Shown here in pieces: positions 46,096 to 55,690 of a stretch of 64,000 nt of DNA. This DNA is from Candidatus Krumholzibacteriales bacterium. Lineage in GTDB: Bacteria > Krumholzibacteriota > Krumholzibacteriia > Krumholzibacteriales > WJIX01. The position numbers and the translations under genes are program-made. The stretch lies in assembly GCA_046483305.1 (NCBI GenBank), contig JAWODM010000043.1, positions 33,880 to 97,879 of the forward strand. Reading direction: 5' to 3'. The notes under the pieces were generated by a model that worked only from the letters and a program-made list of their open reading frames with translations, was not told the origin of the DNA and made no database searches. Numbering within the stretch: position 1 is the stretch's first letter; the number at the start of each line of letters is the position of its first letter.

Positions 46096-47103
46096 ATGAA
46101 AAAGATTAAACTCGGAAATACGGATATAGAGGCAGCCCCGGTTGGCTTCGGAGGGATCCCCATACAGCAGCTATCATTTGAGGATGCGAAGAAGGTCCTT
46201 CTGCGGGCCCTGGAAAAGGGTATTGATTTCTTTGACACCGCAAGGGGTTACACCGACAGCGAGAAGAAGATGGGAGAGGCGCTGAGCGATCACCGTGGCC
46301 GTATATGGCTGGCCAGCAAGGCGATGTCCCGTGACAGCAGGGGTATGAGGCTGGAGCTGGAGACCAGCCTCCGTAACCTTAAAACGGAGATGATTGACCT
46401 CTATCAGCTTCACGCGGTCGGAGACATTAAAACTCTAGATAGGGTAATGGGAAGGGGGGGCGCCCTGGAAACTCTTATCAAAGCCCGAGAAGAGGGAAAA
46501 ATAAGGTGGATCGGCATTACCGGACACTCCCGCCCCGTTCTTCTGGAAGCGGTTGTAAGGGGCGGTTTTGATACCGTTCAACTGCCGTTTAATCCGATAG
46601 AAAACGAGTGGGAAAAAGAAGTTATCCCCGCCGCCAGGGAGAAGGGTGTGGGGCTTATCGGTATGAAGCCGGTGGCAGGAGGAGCTATCAGGAATGTTTC
46701 CGAATCTATCCGCTGGACCCTTGCCGGGGGGATTGATATCTCCATACCGGGGATGGATGCAATAGAGCAGGTGGATGAGAATGCAGCTGCAGGGGATCAG
46801 CCTCTGGAACTTACTTCAGAGGAGCTTGCCCGCCTTGAAGAGGACAGGAAGATGTGGAAGGGCAGGTTCTGCAGGCGGTGCGGTTACTGCATGCCCTGCC
46901 CGGAGGGTCTGAACATACCGTTTTTGCTTCTTATCGAAGCGTACTACACCCGCTACGGCCTGAAAGACTGGGCCCTGTCGCGGCTGAAGACTCTGGATAA
47001 AAAGTACGCCGACTGCATAGACTGCGGTGAATGCACAGGAAAATGCCCCTACGACCTTCCGGTAGCTGAACTGATGGAGAGAGCAGACGGAATAGTTATC
47101 TGA
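46096..47103 (+). CDS. Aldo/keto reductase with C-terminal Fe-S dicluster
   Basis: GFGGIP, DTARGY, IDLYQLH, CRRCGYCMPCP, CIDCGECTGKCP. Confidence 0.92.
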   Translation: MKKIKLGNTDIEAAPVGFGGIPIQQLSFEDAKKVLLRALEKGIDFFDTARGYTDSEKKMGEALSDHRGRIWLASKAMSRDSRGMRLELETSLRNLKTEMIDLYQLHAVGDIKTLDRVMGRGGALETLIKAREEGKIRWIGITGHSRPVLLEAVVRGGFDTVQLPFNPIENEWEKEVIPAAREKGVGLIGMKPVAGGAIRNVSESIRWTLAGGIDISIPGMDAIEQVDENAAAGDQPLELTSEELARLEEDRKMWKGRFCRRCGYCMPCPEGLNIPFLLLIEAYYTRYGLKDWALSRLKTLDKKYADCIDCGECTGKCPYDLPVAELMERADGIVI

Positions 47104-48033
47104 TCATTCGCACTTTTCACTGAATTTCTTAACAACTGATTCTTCAAGTTTCACTGCCGCTTCCGGCGAATCCTCAAAACCTGTTATTACCCCCGCCATT
47201 CTGCCGTACTTAAACAGCATCACCCTGCCCCTGTACTTCATGGTGCCTGTTACCCGCCGGCGCCCGGGCCCGTCACCTTCAGCCCTGGTTGGCTCGCCCT
47301 CGAGTTTCTCCGAGAGCTGATTGAGAAGATCTGCGCTTTCTTCTGCTGTCTTGAACGAAAACAGGTAGAGCTTTCCATTTTCCCCGCCGAAACTGTAACC
47401 GGCGGTTGCTGCCGGGGGTAGCGCTCCGCTACCAAGGACACCTTCCGCTATGAAACCGGCGCTTCCCTGATCCATCCCCTCTTCCGGGAGCCAGGCGATC
47501 TGCTCCGGCTTTGTGCCGCTTTTCTTGATATCCCCGGCCAGGGCAATGGCAAACTTCTTCATCGCCCCTGAAAGAAATTCGCTCTTTTCGTAAACACTGA
47601 CCTTGACGTAGAAATCGCCCTTCCAGAAATGAAGCGAATAATCTCCGGAAAACGACATATCGCCCACTCCCTCTTCGTTCTCTTTTCCCCGGCTGAACTG
47701 GGAGTAGATACCGTATGCCATTTTGTCGTTTCCATGCCTGTAGACCTCCACCATCAGCTCATTTTCCCCGCCGGCGGTTAAGTTCTGAACCGCCGCCTCC
47801 TTGAAATCGTACGAAAGAAACTTCTCGGCTGAGCCGTTTATATACTCCCAGAGGTTGTCGGCGTGATAAACGGCCGGTTCTCCCTCCCTGCTCCAGCCGG
47901 ACGGCAGTTCCATATTGGATATAAGCTCAAGAGCTGTCTGGCCCTGGGTTTCTGTCTCTTCCGCATGGGCGGCGGATGAAACAACCAGTATTAATACAAA
48001 AATGATCTTGAAAAACTCTGACCTGATCTTCAT
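47104..48033 (-). CDS. Exported hypothetical protein (DUF6599-like)
   Basis: Signal peptide; NLWEYINGSAEKFLSYDF, AYGIYS, FWKGDFYV motifs. Confidence 0.65.
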   Translation of the reverse strand: MKIRSEFFKIIFVLILVVSSAAHAEETETQGQTALELISNMELPSGWSREGEPAVYHADNLWEYINGSAEKFLSYDFKEAAVQNLTAGGENELMVEVYRHGNDKMAYGIYSQFSRGKENEEGVGDMSFSGDYSLHFWKGDFYVKVSVYEKSEFLSGAMKKFAIALAGDIKKSGTKPEQIAWLPEEGMDQGSAGFIAEGVLGSGALPPAATAGYSFGGENGKLYLFSFKTAEESADLLNQLSEKLEGEPTRAEGDGPGRRRVTGTMKYRGRVMLFKYGRMAGVITGFEDSPEAAVKLEESVVKKFSEKCE

Positions 48034-48179
48034 TGCGGCCTCCCTCTTCTGCGGCATTCAATCAACTCCGGATATACATTATATATTCCACATCAGCGGC
48101 GGAACCGCAACATTTTACTGTTTTTAAACTGATGGTTTTATATTATTCTTAAGAGGAATTTAAACTTGAAGGGGCAGCC

Positions 48180-48545
48180 ATGGGATTTATCAAGAGATTT
48201 CTGGGCCTGGAGCAGGAGCCGGGAGAGCCCCGGAAGATCAGCGACAGGATCTTCGACGAAGTAATATCGGAGTCGGAGCTTCCCTGTATGGTCTACTTCT
48301 ACCATCTGTGGTGCTCGTCGTGCCAGGTGATGGGAGGGCTTCTGAACGAGATCGGGCCTGAATACGTGGATAGAGCCAGCTTCTACAAGATGGATATCAT
48401 GAAGGATCCGCACACGGCGGCTAAATTCAACATCAAATCAGTTCCCAGGGTAATATGCTTCAAAGGCGGAGAGGCGGCGGATTCGCTGGAGAGGCTCATC
48501 CCCCTGGATGAGCTCAGGGATTGGGTGGAAAGCCAGGTTAAGTAA
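48180..48545 (+). CDS. Thioredoxin-family protein
   Basis: WCSSC; IKSVP cis-Pro loop; FKGG. Confidence 0.88.
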   Translation: MGFIKRFLGLEQEPGEPRKISDRIFDEVISESELPCMVYFYHLWCSSCQVMGGLLNEIGPEYVDRASFYKMDIMKDPHTAAKFNIKSVPRVICFKGGEAADSLERLIPLDELRDWVESQVK

Positions 48546-48562
48546 GGGGAAAGGAAAACGTT

Positions 48563-49108
48563 TTGAAGGAGAAGGTTATAGACGGAAAAGTTATCAGGAT
48601 AGTTCAGGGCGATATCACGCATCAGGAGGTTGACGCCATTGTCAACGCCGCCAACTCCAAGCTTCTGGGAGGGGGGGGAGTGGACGGAGCGATCCACAGA
48701 GCGGGCGGGGAGGCAATAATGAAGGAGTGCGATGTCATCAGGAAGAAGGAGGGGGGATGCCCCGCCGGGCAGGCGGTAGCGACCACCGCCGGGAAGCTCA
48801 GCGCGAAGTGCGTGATCCACACGGCGGGCCCGGTATGGACAGACGGGGACAGAGACGAGGACGACCTTCTGGCCTCCTGCCACCGGGAAAGCATCAGGAT
48901 CGCCGCCGGGAAGGGGTGCAAGACGGTGGCCTTTCCGGGGATAAGCATAGGGGCCTACCGGTTCCCGGCGGAGAGAGCGGCCGGGATTGCGATAGGAACA
49001 GCGGCAGAAGAGCTCAGGGATACCGATGTGGAAGAAGTACGTTTCGTTCTGTTTGGCAGAAAAAACTATGATATCTACGCCGCGGCCCTGGATGACCTGA
49101 AGGAGTAA
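48563..49108 (+). CDS. Macrodomain O-acetyl-ADP-ribose deacetylase (YmdB-like)
   Basis: GDIT, IVNAAN, GGGGVDGAIH, IHTAGP, AFPGISIGAYRFP. Confidence 0.93.
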   Translation: MKEKVIDGKVIRIVQGDITHQEVDAIVNAANSKLLGGGGVDGAIHRAGGEAIMKECDVIRKKEGGCPAGQAVATTAGKLSAKCVIHTAGPVWTDGDRDEDDLLASCHRESIRIAAGKGCKTVAFPGISIGAYRFPAERAAGIAIGTAAEELRDTDVEEVRFVLFGRKNYDIYAAALDDLKE

Positions 49109-49120
49109 AGGAGCGCTGTT

Positions 49121-49792
49121 TTGAAACGTCTTGTTATTATCATCTTCATGGCCGCAGCAATGACGGCTAATCTTTCCTCCGCCGAGAGGGACGAGTTCTT
49201 TTTCAAGGTGGGAGCCGGAGCGGGAACCACTCTTCTTAACAACCTGGCCGATGAGCTGGATACCCAGGGGCGCGAGCTGCCCTTCCCCGAATATTCCATC
49301 ATGGTCTCTTTCGGAAAGACCTTCGCCGATAACACCATAAGGGCGGAGGCGGGGTTCGGGTTCTCCCTCCTTCCGGATATAAGGTATCAGAACGAGTACG
49401 AGGACTTCACCGAGGATATGTCCCACTACGACTTCTCTCTACTGGTAAGAAGAATTCTGGCGCCGGGAAGAAAGCTGTTTTCTCCATCCATCGGGGCCGG
49501 TTTCGGATACGGAAGGACCAACCTGATCGAGGGGGGCGGGCGGCTGGATTCCTTCGAGATCCTCGGCTCCATTCAGTTCGACTCTGAGATCCGCGACAAC
49601 ATGGACCTCTTCGTTGAGCTTTTCTACATACAGGGGCTGTCAGAGAAGAAGTTCGGCGCACCCTATCTGGAAAGCCTAAGCAGTGATGTTCTGATCGGCA
49701 GCGACGGCCAGCCGTTAAAGGACAGCTACGGGTCGGCCGGCCTGAGAGTAGGCATCACCGTCTGGCTCAAGCTGATGGAAGAGAGATACTGA
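49121..49792 (+). CDS. Probable small outer-membrane beta-barrel protein
   Basis: Signal peptide; alternating beta-strands (PSIGAGFGYG, LRVGITVWL). Confidence 0.65.
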   Translation: MKRLVIIIFMAAAMTANLSSAERDEFFFKVGAGAGTTLLNNLADELDTQGRELPFPEYSIMVSFGKTFADNTIRAEAGFGFSLLPDIRYQNEYEDFTEDMSHYDFSLLVRRILAPGRKLFSPSIGAGFGYGRTNLIEGGGRLDSFEILGSIQFDSEIRDNMDLFVELFYIQGLSEKKFGAPYLESLSSDVLIGSDGQPLKDSYGSAGLRVGITVWLKLMEERY

Positions 49793-49800
49793 TAATAATT

Positions 49801-51171
49801 TTATCCCGTATTGAACAGATTTTCCGGATTCCGCTGGCTGATTTTCTTTCTTCTTCCGTACATAAGGTCGTCGAAGAGAAGGGCCATCCTCTGGTTCAGC
49901 CGGTTCCTGGAGATATAGAACCTCACCAGCCGGTGCATCAAGCTGTCCGGCTTTGAATATGGGCATACTGCAAGGCAGACCCCGCAGTCGGTCCCGATCC
50001 TCTTCCAGAACCGGTAGCACTTCTCCTGCTCTATGGACCAGTGGCGAAATCCCCTGCTTTTTGGCTCTTCCCCCGAGCTGATAGCCGAAGTGGGGCAGTT
50101 GTCCGAGCACTTCCTGCAGATCATGCAGAAATCCCCGATATGCTGATTCTGTGAAGGGCCGGCCTCCAGCTCCAGCTCGGTGGTAACCACCGCCAGCCTC
50201 ACCAGCGGCCCGTACCGGTAGTGGATCAGCACCCCCAGCCTTCCCAGCTCCCCCATCCCGGCGTCTACGGCAAGGGGCACGCAGAGAGTCTGATAATTGG
50301 CGTCGTTGTGGGCCCTGGCCCGGTACCCAAAACTCCTTATGTAAGCGGCGATTATATCCGAGACCTTCGCCGCTTCCACATACTTGCGGAAAGATTCCTG
50401 TATTACCGTGCCGGTGGGGGCGCTTAATATCATCTCCGGGTCCATCTGCAGGGCTATTACTATCGCACTTTTGTGGTCGGTTGCGACCTCTTCGCCCCAG
50501 CTTTCGGCGTGCCTTCCCCTGTGGCTGTACAGGTGATAACTTTTAAGCCGGGCGAACCCCACATCGCAGGCGCCGTAGAAGACGGCCGCGTCGGTTATGA
50601 ACTTCTTCAGCGCGGCGGGGTCGATCTCCTTCTTCTCCTCCGCCGGCTCCCCCTGTGATACAGGAATGGTCCTTTCTATATATTCGAAAGCGGCCTGGTA
50701 GACAGGGGCGGCGTACCGGTGGTAGTAAGTGTGGCCCGGCTCACCGAACTCGGGCATGCCGTGTATCTCTTTGTCTATTTTCGCCTTTTCCGGCTTATCC
50801 CAGTAATACTCCTCCATCAACTCCGGATAATGGCGCAGGTTGTTCCTGGAGAACATGTTATCCCGCTCGTCGTATCTGAGCGCCGCGGCGGGATTCCGCT
50901 TTTGCTTTTCCCCCGGAAAGAATTTGATAATGGAGACAGCCCCCAGGGCGGCGATCAGGACCACCGCGGCGATATTAACCCACCTTACCCACGCCAGATC
51001 CAGGCCGGAGTTCATCAGAAGCCAGAAGGCGCAGTTGAGGGCCAGGAACAGGCCTGCCACGGCAGCGGCCCTGTATCTTCTTTCGCGGATTGAGGTTGCC
51101 GCCAGCGCCAGAAAAAAGAAAGAAATACCGGCCAATAGAATTATGTTGATTGCCCGAATCGCGGTTTCCAT
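49801..51171 (-). CDS. Membrane-anchored reductive-dehalogenase-like Fe-S protein
   Basis: Three N-terminal TM segments; DERD; AGMGELGR; GPLVRL; FCMICRKCSDNCP; CYRFW...DCGVCLAVCPY. Confidence 0.85.
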   Translation of the reverse strand: METAIRAINIILLAGISFFFLALAATSIRERRYRAAAVAGLFLALNCAFWLLMNSGLDLAWVRWVNIAAVVLIAALGAVSIIKFFPGEKQKRNPAAALRYDERDNMFSRNNLRHYPELMEEYYWDKPEKAKIDKEIHGMPEFGEPGHTYYHRYAAPVYQAAFEYIERTIPVSQGEPAEEKKEIDPAALKKFITDAAVFYGACDVGFARLKSYHLYSHRGRHAESWGEEVATDHKSAIVIALQMDPEMILSAPTGTVIQESFRKYVEAAKVSDIIAAYIRSFGYRARAHNDANYQTLCVPLAVDAGMGELGRLGVLIHYRYGPLVRLAVVTTELELEAGPSQNQHIGDFCMICRKCSDNCPTSAISSGEEPKSRGFRHWSIEQEKCYRFWKRIGTDCGVCLAVCPYSKPDSLMHRLVRFYISRNRLNQRMALLFDDLMYGRRKKISQRNPENLFNTG

Positions 51172-51345
51172 AACCAGGACCTCGCATACCTGCTGAAGCT
51201 AACTATTTTATACAATATAACATTTGCCTGAAACAGGCAAAATATGTATGATACTATCAATAAATTGAGCTGTAACATTAAAAACTGCCTCTGGCAAGTT
51301 TTTAATTCTCTTACTATAGCGCAAATCTTTCGGGAGGAACTTACC

Positions 51346-53112
51346 ATGGAAATGCTTCTCTCCGGTAACGAAGCGCTGGCCCGTGGATTCTTCGAATTCG
51401 GGGGCGAATTCGCTTCGGCTTACCCCGGTACGCCCAGTACCGAGATACTGGAAACCATAGGCAGACATTTCAAGGACACCGTTTACGCGGAATGGGCTAT
51501 CAACGAGAAGGTGGCCCTGGAGAACACCGTTGGAGCCTCATACGGGGGAGCGAGGTCGATCGCGGTAATGAAACATGTAGGCCTGAACGTGGCCGCAGAT
51601 CCTTTGATGACACTGTCATATACCGGGGTCAACGCAGGGCTGCTGATAGTCAGCGCCGACGACCCCAGCCTCCATTCCTCTCAGAACGAGCAGGATAACC
51701 GCTGCTACGGGAAATTTGCCTCCATCCCGGTTCTGGAGCCCTCCGACAGCCAGGAAGCGAAAGATTTTGTCAGGTACGGCTTTGAGATAAGCGAAAAATT
51801 CGACACCCCGGTACTCCTCAGGCTCACCACCAGAATATCCCACTCAAAGGGCATAGTCACCATCGGAGAGAGAGAGGAAACCGAGAATCACGGCTTCGAA
51901 AGAGACATACAGAAGTACGTGATGGTCCCCGCTCACGGGATCAAGCGCCACGCCGAGGTTATAAAGAGACTGGAGAAACTCAGCGAGTTCGCGGAAGATA
52001 CACCGCTGAACCAGATAATATGGAATGACAGGAAGGTGGGAGTGGTCACCGGCAGTATCGCCTATCAGCATACCAGGGACGCATTTCCCGAAGCCAGCAT
52101 ACTGAAGCTGGGTATGGGATACCCCCTTCCCATGAACAAGATCAGGGAGTTCGCCTCCGAAGTGGACAGGCTGTTCGTGGTTGAGGAGCTGGAGCCGTTC
52201 TACGAAGAACAGATAAAGGCGGCCGGCATAGAGGCCGACGGCAAGAAATACTTCTCAAACTACCTGGAGCTCAATGTGACCAGGGTGCGCAACGGCTTTA
52301 TCGAAGCGGGAGTCATCGACGGGGAGAAGACCGGGATAACGGAGAAGGAAAAGGTAGTCCCCCGTCCTCCGGTTCTCTGCCCCGGCTGCCCTCACCGCGG
52401 TATCGTATACGCCATGAAACAGTGCCGGGTGTACACCACCGGCGATATCGGGTGCTACACACTGGGAGCCCTGGCACCCCTGAGCCAGATAGACTCCTGC
52501 CTCTGCATGGGCGCCTCCATAGGAAAGGCGTTCGGGATAGAAAAGGCGGGGAAAACGGTCAGGAAAGCGGTGGCGCTTCTCGGTGACAGCACCTTCCTTC
52601 ACAGCGGGATAACTGCTCTGGCAACAGCGGTTTATAACAAATCAACCATCACCGTTATCATAGCGGACAACCGGATTACCGCAATGACCGGCGGGCAGGA
52701 CCATCCGGCGACCTCCAGGACCCTGATGGGTGAGGAGACCAGCGCCGTCGACCTGGCGGAGCTCTGCAGGTCGCTGGGAGCGGGGAGCGTCAGAGAGGTG
52801 GACCCCTACGATATTGAGGAATCCATAAAAGTCATCAAGGAAGAGCTGGACAGAGAGTGCGTATCGGTGATCATCACCAACCGGCCCTGTATGCTCTTCC
52901 CCAAAAAGATTACAGATAAACCCTACCGGATAGATACCGCCAGGTGCATAGCCTGCGGCAAATGCTTCAAGGTGGGTTGTCCGGCAATCACCGGTTCGGG
53001 CGAAACCGACGAAAAGGGGAACTCCATCCCCGTGATCAGCCCGGTACTCTGCACCGGCTGCTCCATATGCGCTCAGGTATGCCCGGTAGACGCAATTGAA
53101 ATAACAGACTGA
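51346..53112 (+). CDS. iorA: Indolepyruvate:ferredoxin oxidoreductase alpha subunit
   Basis: SGNEA, YPGTPSTE, MKHVGLNVAAD, LCPGCPH, GDIGC, GDSTF, two ferredoxin motifs. Confidence 0.95.
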   Translation: MEMLLSGNEALARGFFEFGGEFASAYPGTPSTEILETIGRHFKDTVYAEWAINEKVALENTVGASYGGARSIAVMKHVGLNVAADPLMTLSYTGVNAGLLIVSADDPSLHSSQNEQDNRCYGKFASIPVLEPSDSQEAKDFVRYGFEISEKFDTPVLLRLTTRISHSKGIVTIGEREETENHGFERDIQKYVMVPAHGIKRHAEVIKRLEKLSEFAEDTPLNQIIWNDRKVGVVTGSIAYQHTRDAFPEASILKLGMGYPLPMNKIREFASEVDRLFVVEELEPFYEEQIKAAGIEADGKKYFSNYLELNVTRVRNGFIEAGVIDGEKTGITEKEKVVPRPPVLCPGCPHRGIVYAMKQCRVYTTGDIGCYTLGALAPLSQIDSCLCMGASIGKAFGIEKAGKTVRKAVALLGDSTFLHSGITALATAVYNKSTITVIIADNRITAMTGGQDHPATSRTLMGEETSAVDLAELCRSLGAGSVREVDPYDIEESIKVIKEELDRECVSVIITNRPCMLFPKKITDKPYRIDTARCIACGKCFKVGCPAITGSGETDEKGNSIPVISPVLCTGCSICAQVCPVDAIEITD

Positions 53113-53136
53113 TAATCTGCAAGAAAGGATTTTGCA

Positions 53137-53724
53137 ATGAAGAACGGAACCACCAATATTCTCCTGGCCGGCGTGGGAGGCCAGGGAGTCCTGCTGGCAA
53201 GCGAAATTCTGACCGAAGTCGCCAAATCGGCCGGCCTGGACGCCAAGAAGAGCGAAGTACACGGAATGTCCCAGAGAGGGGGAGTGGTGACCAGCCACGT
53301 CCGTTTCGGCAAAGAGGTCTTCTCGCCCCTGATCCCGGAAGGGGAAGCCGACGCGCTGCTCGCGCTGGAGATAGCCGAGGGACTGCGGTGGATGCATGAA
53401 ATAAGAGAGGGCGGCAGGGTGGTGGTCAATGACCAGAAGATCATACCGACCATAGTCTACTCGGGCGGGGACTTCGAATATCCCGATTCAGCCGCCGAGA
53501 AAATAATGGAGAACAACCCGGACGCCATGATAGTCAAAGCCTTCGATATAGCAAAAGAGCTTGGTAATGTGAGGCTGGTAAATACCATCATGCTGGGAGC
53601 GCTCTCCCAGTCGCTGGACCTGGAAGAGAAGATCTGGCTGGATGTTATTGAGAGAATGGCCCCAAAGGGTACCGGCGAGCTGAACAAGAAGGCGTTCGGA
53701 AGGGGAAGAAGCTACTCGGCCTGA
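53137..53724 (+). CDS. iorB: Indolepyruvate:ferredoxin oxidoreductase beta subunit
   Basis: GVGGQG, SEVHGMSQRGG. Confidence 0.95.
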   Translation: MKNGTTNILLAGVGGQGVLLASEILTEVAKSAGLDAKKSEVHGMSQRGGVVTSHVRFGKEVFSPLIPEGEADALLALEIAEGLRWMHEIREGGRVVVNDQKIIPTIVYSGGDFEYPDSAAEKIMENNPDAMIVKAFDIAKELGNVRLVNTIMLGALSQSLDLEEKIWLDVIERMAPKGTGELNKKAFGRGRSYSA

Positions 53725-53752
53725 TTAAACCGGGTTATAGTTCCGGCTTTGT

Positions 53753-54217
53753 TTATTCCTGCTCCCTTATCGTTTTGAGGGCGTCTGACAGCACCTTCAG
53801 CACCCGCCTGTCTTTGTCCCTGCCGGTTGCTTTCTTGCTGTCAATGATCCGTTCCAGTTTCAGTACCATTACCTTTATTCGCCCCAGCGGTATTTTAATA
53901 GTATTATCCATTTCTTCTTCGAACCCGCCGAGACCGTGCATATGAGTTACTATATCAAAAAGCTCCACCCCGCGCCCGGCAAACACCGGAGGGTTCGAAC
54001 CGGAGGGCGGAACATAAATGCTTCCGACTTTCCTGAGAGCTTTTTCCAATCCCCTGTCCGGGATCTTACGGAACCAGAGGCCGATGTCCTGGGTCACCAC
54101 CGGAGCCCCCTGAAGCGCTGCCGCGGATAATCCAACAATAATGAAATCGACTTTCTGCCTGACCAGCTCCTGAAGGAACTCAAATTCCTTTTCTCCGAAA
54201 ATTAAACGATCTTCCAC
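53753..54217 (-). CDS. Nucleotidyltransferase-fold protein, putative toxin
   Basis: IIVGLSAAALQGAPVVTQDIG; SKKATGRDKD. Confidence 0.8.
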   Translation of the reverse strand: MEDRLIFGEKEFEFLQELVRQKVDFIIVGLSAAALQGAPVVTQDIGLWFRKIPDRGLEKALRKVGSIYVPPSGSNPPVFAGRGVELFDIVTHMHGLGGFEEEMDNTIKIPLGRIKVMVLKLERIIDSKKATGRDKDRRVLKVLSDALKTIREQE

Positions 54218-54560
54218 GCCTTATCGCTCTCCTCAGTCTCTCAACAGGCTCATCTTCCAACAGCAGGAGAGTGTGCCTGACATTATCAGGGTCTGTATCC
54301 CTGTATTTTCTGTGGATTCTCTCTGTTTCCGATAAAATATCCCGGATTCTTTCACTGCGGGTAGGCGCCTCTTCCAGCAGGCCAGAAATGGGAACTCCCA
54401 GATACTCCGCTATCTGCACCACCGACCGGGGAACCACGGTATCTTTCCTGGCAAGGTGATAGAAAGCGTTCCGGCTTACGCCGGCCTCCTTCAGCATCCG
54501 GGCAGTATTAATACCCCTCTCGCAGCAGAGACCGGAAATCTTATCAAGTGATAATCTCAT
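54180..54560 (-). CDS. XRE-like HTH protein, putative antitoxin
   Basis: MLKEAGVSRNAFYHL...IAEYLGV HTH; C-terminal PVERL; overlaps the downstream gene. Confidence 0.8.
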   Translation of the reverse strand: MRLSLDKISGLCCERGINTARMLKEAGVSRNAFYHLARKDTVVPRSVVQIAEYLGVPISGLLEEAPTRSERIRDILSETERIHRKYRDTDPDNVRHTLLLLEDEPVERLRRAIRRGRSFNFRRKGI

Positions 54561-54566
54561 ATTGAT

Positions 54567-54595
54567 AATGTACCATATTATGGTACTATTGTCAA
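54567..54595 (-). promoter_or_regulatory. Sigma70 promoter with embedded palindromic operator
   Basis: TTGACA-N17-TACATT-N6-ATG; GTACCATA-A-TATGGTAC at 54570-54586. Confidence 0.8.
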
Positions 54596-54615
54596 ATTCA
54601 AAGGCTGGATTATCC

Positions 54616-55683
54616 TCATTCCTCTATATCAAACCCCAGCCCGGGCCTTCCGGTGGGGTACAGGGTCCCATCCTTCAGTATCACCGCCCCCGCGGAGGGG
54701 TCGCCGGCAAGCCCGAAATGGCCGTCCAGGTCGGCATAGGCCACATTCGGCCTGGCCAGGGCGAAATGAAGCCCGGCCGCTATTCCCAGGGCCGGTTCAT
54801 CCATGCAGCCGACCATCACCTCCAGGCCGGCCGATCTGGCAACCGCGTTGATCTGAAGCGCCTCCAGAATTCCTCCCACTTTCATAAGCTTTATATTGAC
54901 CATGTCGGCCAGGTCCCGCCTGACCAGCCGGAAGGCGTCCCTGAGGTTCATCAGGCTCTCGTCGGCCATTACCGGCAGCCCCACCTCTCCGGTCACTCTT
55001 TTCAGCATCTCCGGGTCTGCCCGCGGAGTGGGCTGCTCCAGCAGCTCCGGCTCCGCCGGCTCTGTCATTTCCACGAACCTCAGGGATTCCTCGAATGAGT
55101 ACCCCTGGTTGGCGTCGAACCTCAGCTCTATCCCCTCCCCCACCTCCTCTCTCACCCTGATCACCTTTTCTATATCCTCGTCCACATCCCTTCCACCCTT
55201 GAGCTTAAGGGACCTGAATCCCTTCCCGGCGTACTCCCTGGCCTTCTCTATGGTATCTGCCAGCGGCATTATCCCGATGGTTATACTGGTCGCAATCCCT
55301 TCCCTGAACCCGCCCAGCAGCCGGAAGAGAGGAATCCCCGCCGCCCTGCCCAGGATATCGTGAAGCGCCATATCTATCATCGCCAGAAGAGAAGGGTCCC
55401 GGGGCAGTTCCCGCTTGAGCCTTTCCATGTGAAGCGCTATCCTCAGCGGATCCGCATCCTTCATACAGGGCCGGACCACCGAATCGAACTTCTCCATAAC
55501 CGAATCGGCGGTCTCCCCGGTAACCTGCAGGTCCGGGGCGGCGCACCCGTAACCCTTTAAGCCCGTTTCTGTTTCCGCGCGGAGGAATACCGCTTCCACC
55601 CTGTCGATGGTCTCGTAAGCGATGGCGTAAGGCTCCTCCAGGCGGAGTTCTGCCCGCCAGGCCTCCAAAAGGGTAATACGCAT
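54616..55683 (-). CDS. Enolase-superfamily dipeptide epimerase / N-acyl amino acid racemase (DgcA-like)
   Basis: LKLKG, DANQG, EQP, ADES, NIKLMKVGG, GCM, DLDG. Confidence 0.92.
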   Translation of the reverse strand: MRITLLEAWRAELRLEEPYAIAYETIDRVEAVFLRAETETGLKGYGCAAPDLQVTGETADSVMEKFDSVVRPCMKDADPLRIALHMERLKRELPRDPSLLAMIDMALHDILGRAAGIPLFRLLGGFREGIATSITIGIMPLADTIEKAREYAGKGFRSLKLKGGRDVDEDIEKVIRVREEVGEGIELRFDANQGYSFEESLRFVEMTEPAEPELLEQPTPRADPEMLKRVTGEVGLPVMADESLMNLRDAFRLVRRDLADMVNIKLMKVGGILEALQINAVARSAGLEVMVGCMDEPALGIAAGLHFALARPNVAYADLDGHFGLAGDPSAGAVILKDGTLYPTGRPGLGFDIEE

Positions 55684-55690
55684 AACTACC

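Noticed and set aside
51244..51345. N-terminal extensions given by the ORF track (also at 20876, 23725, 55764, 59354, 63348)
   Set aside because: Downstream starts fit Shine-Dalgarno sites, gene overlaps and family N-termini better.
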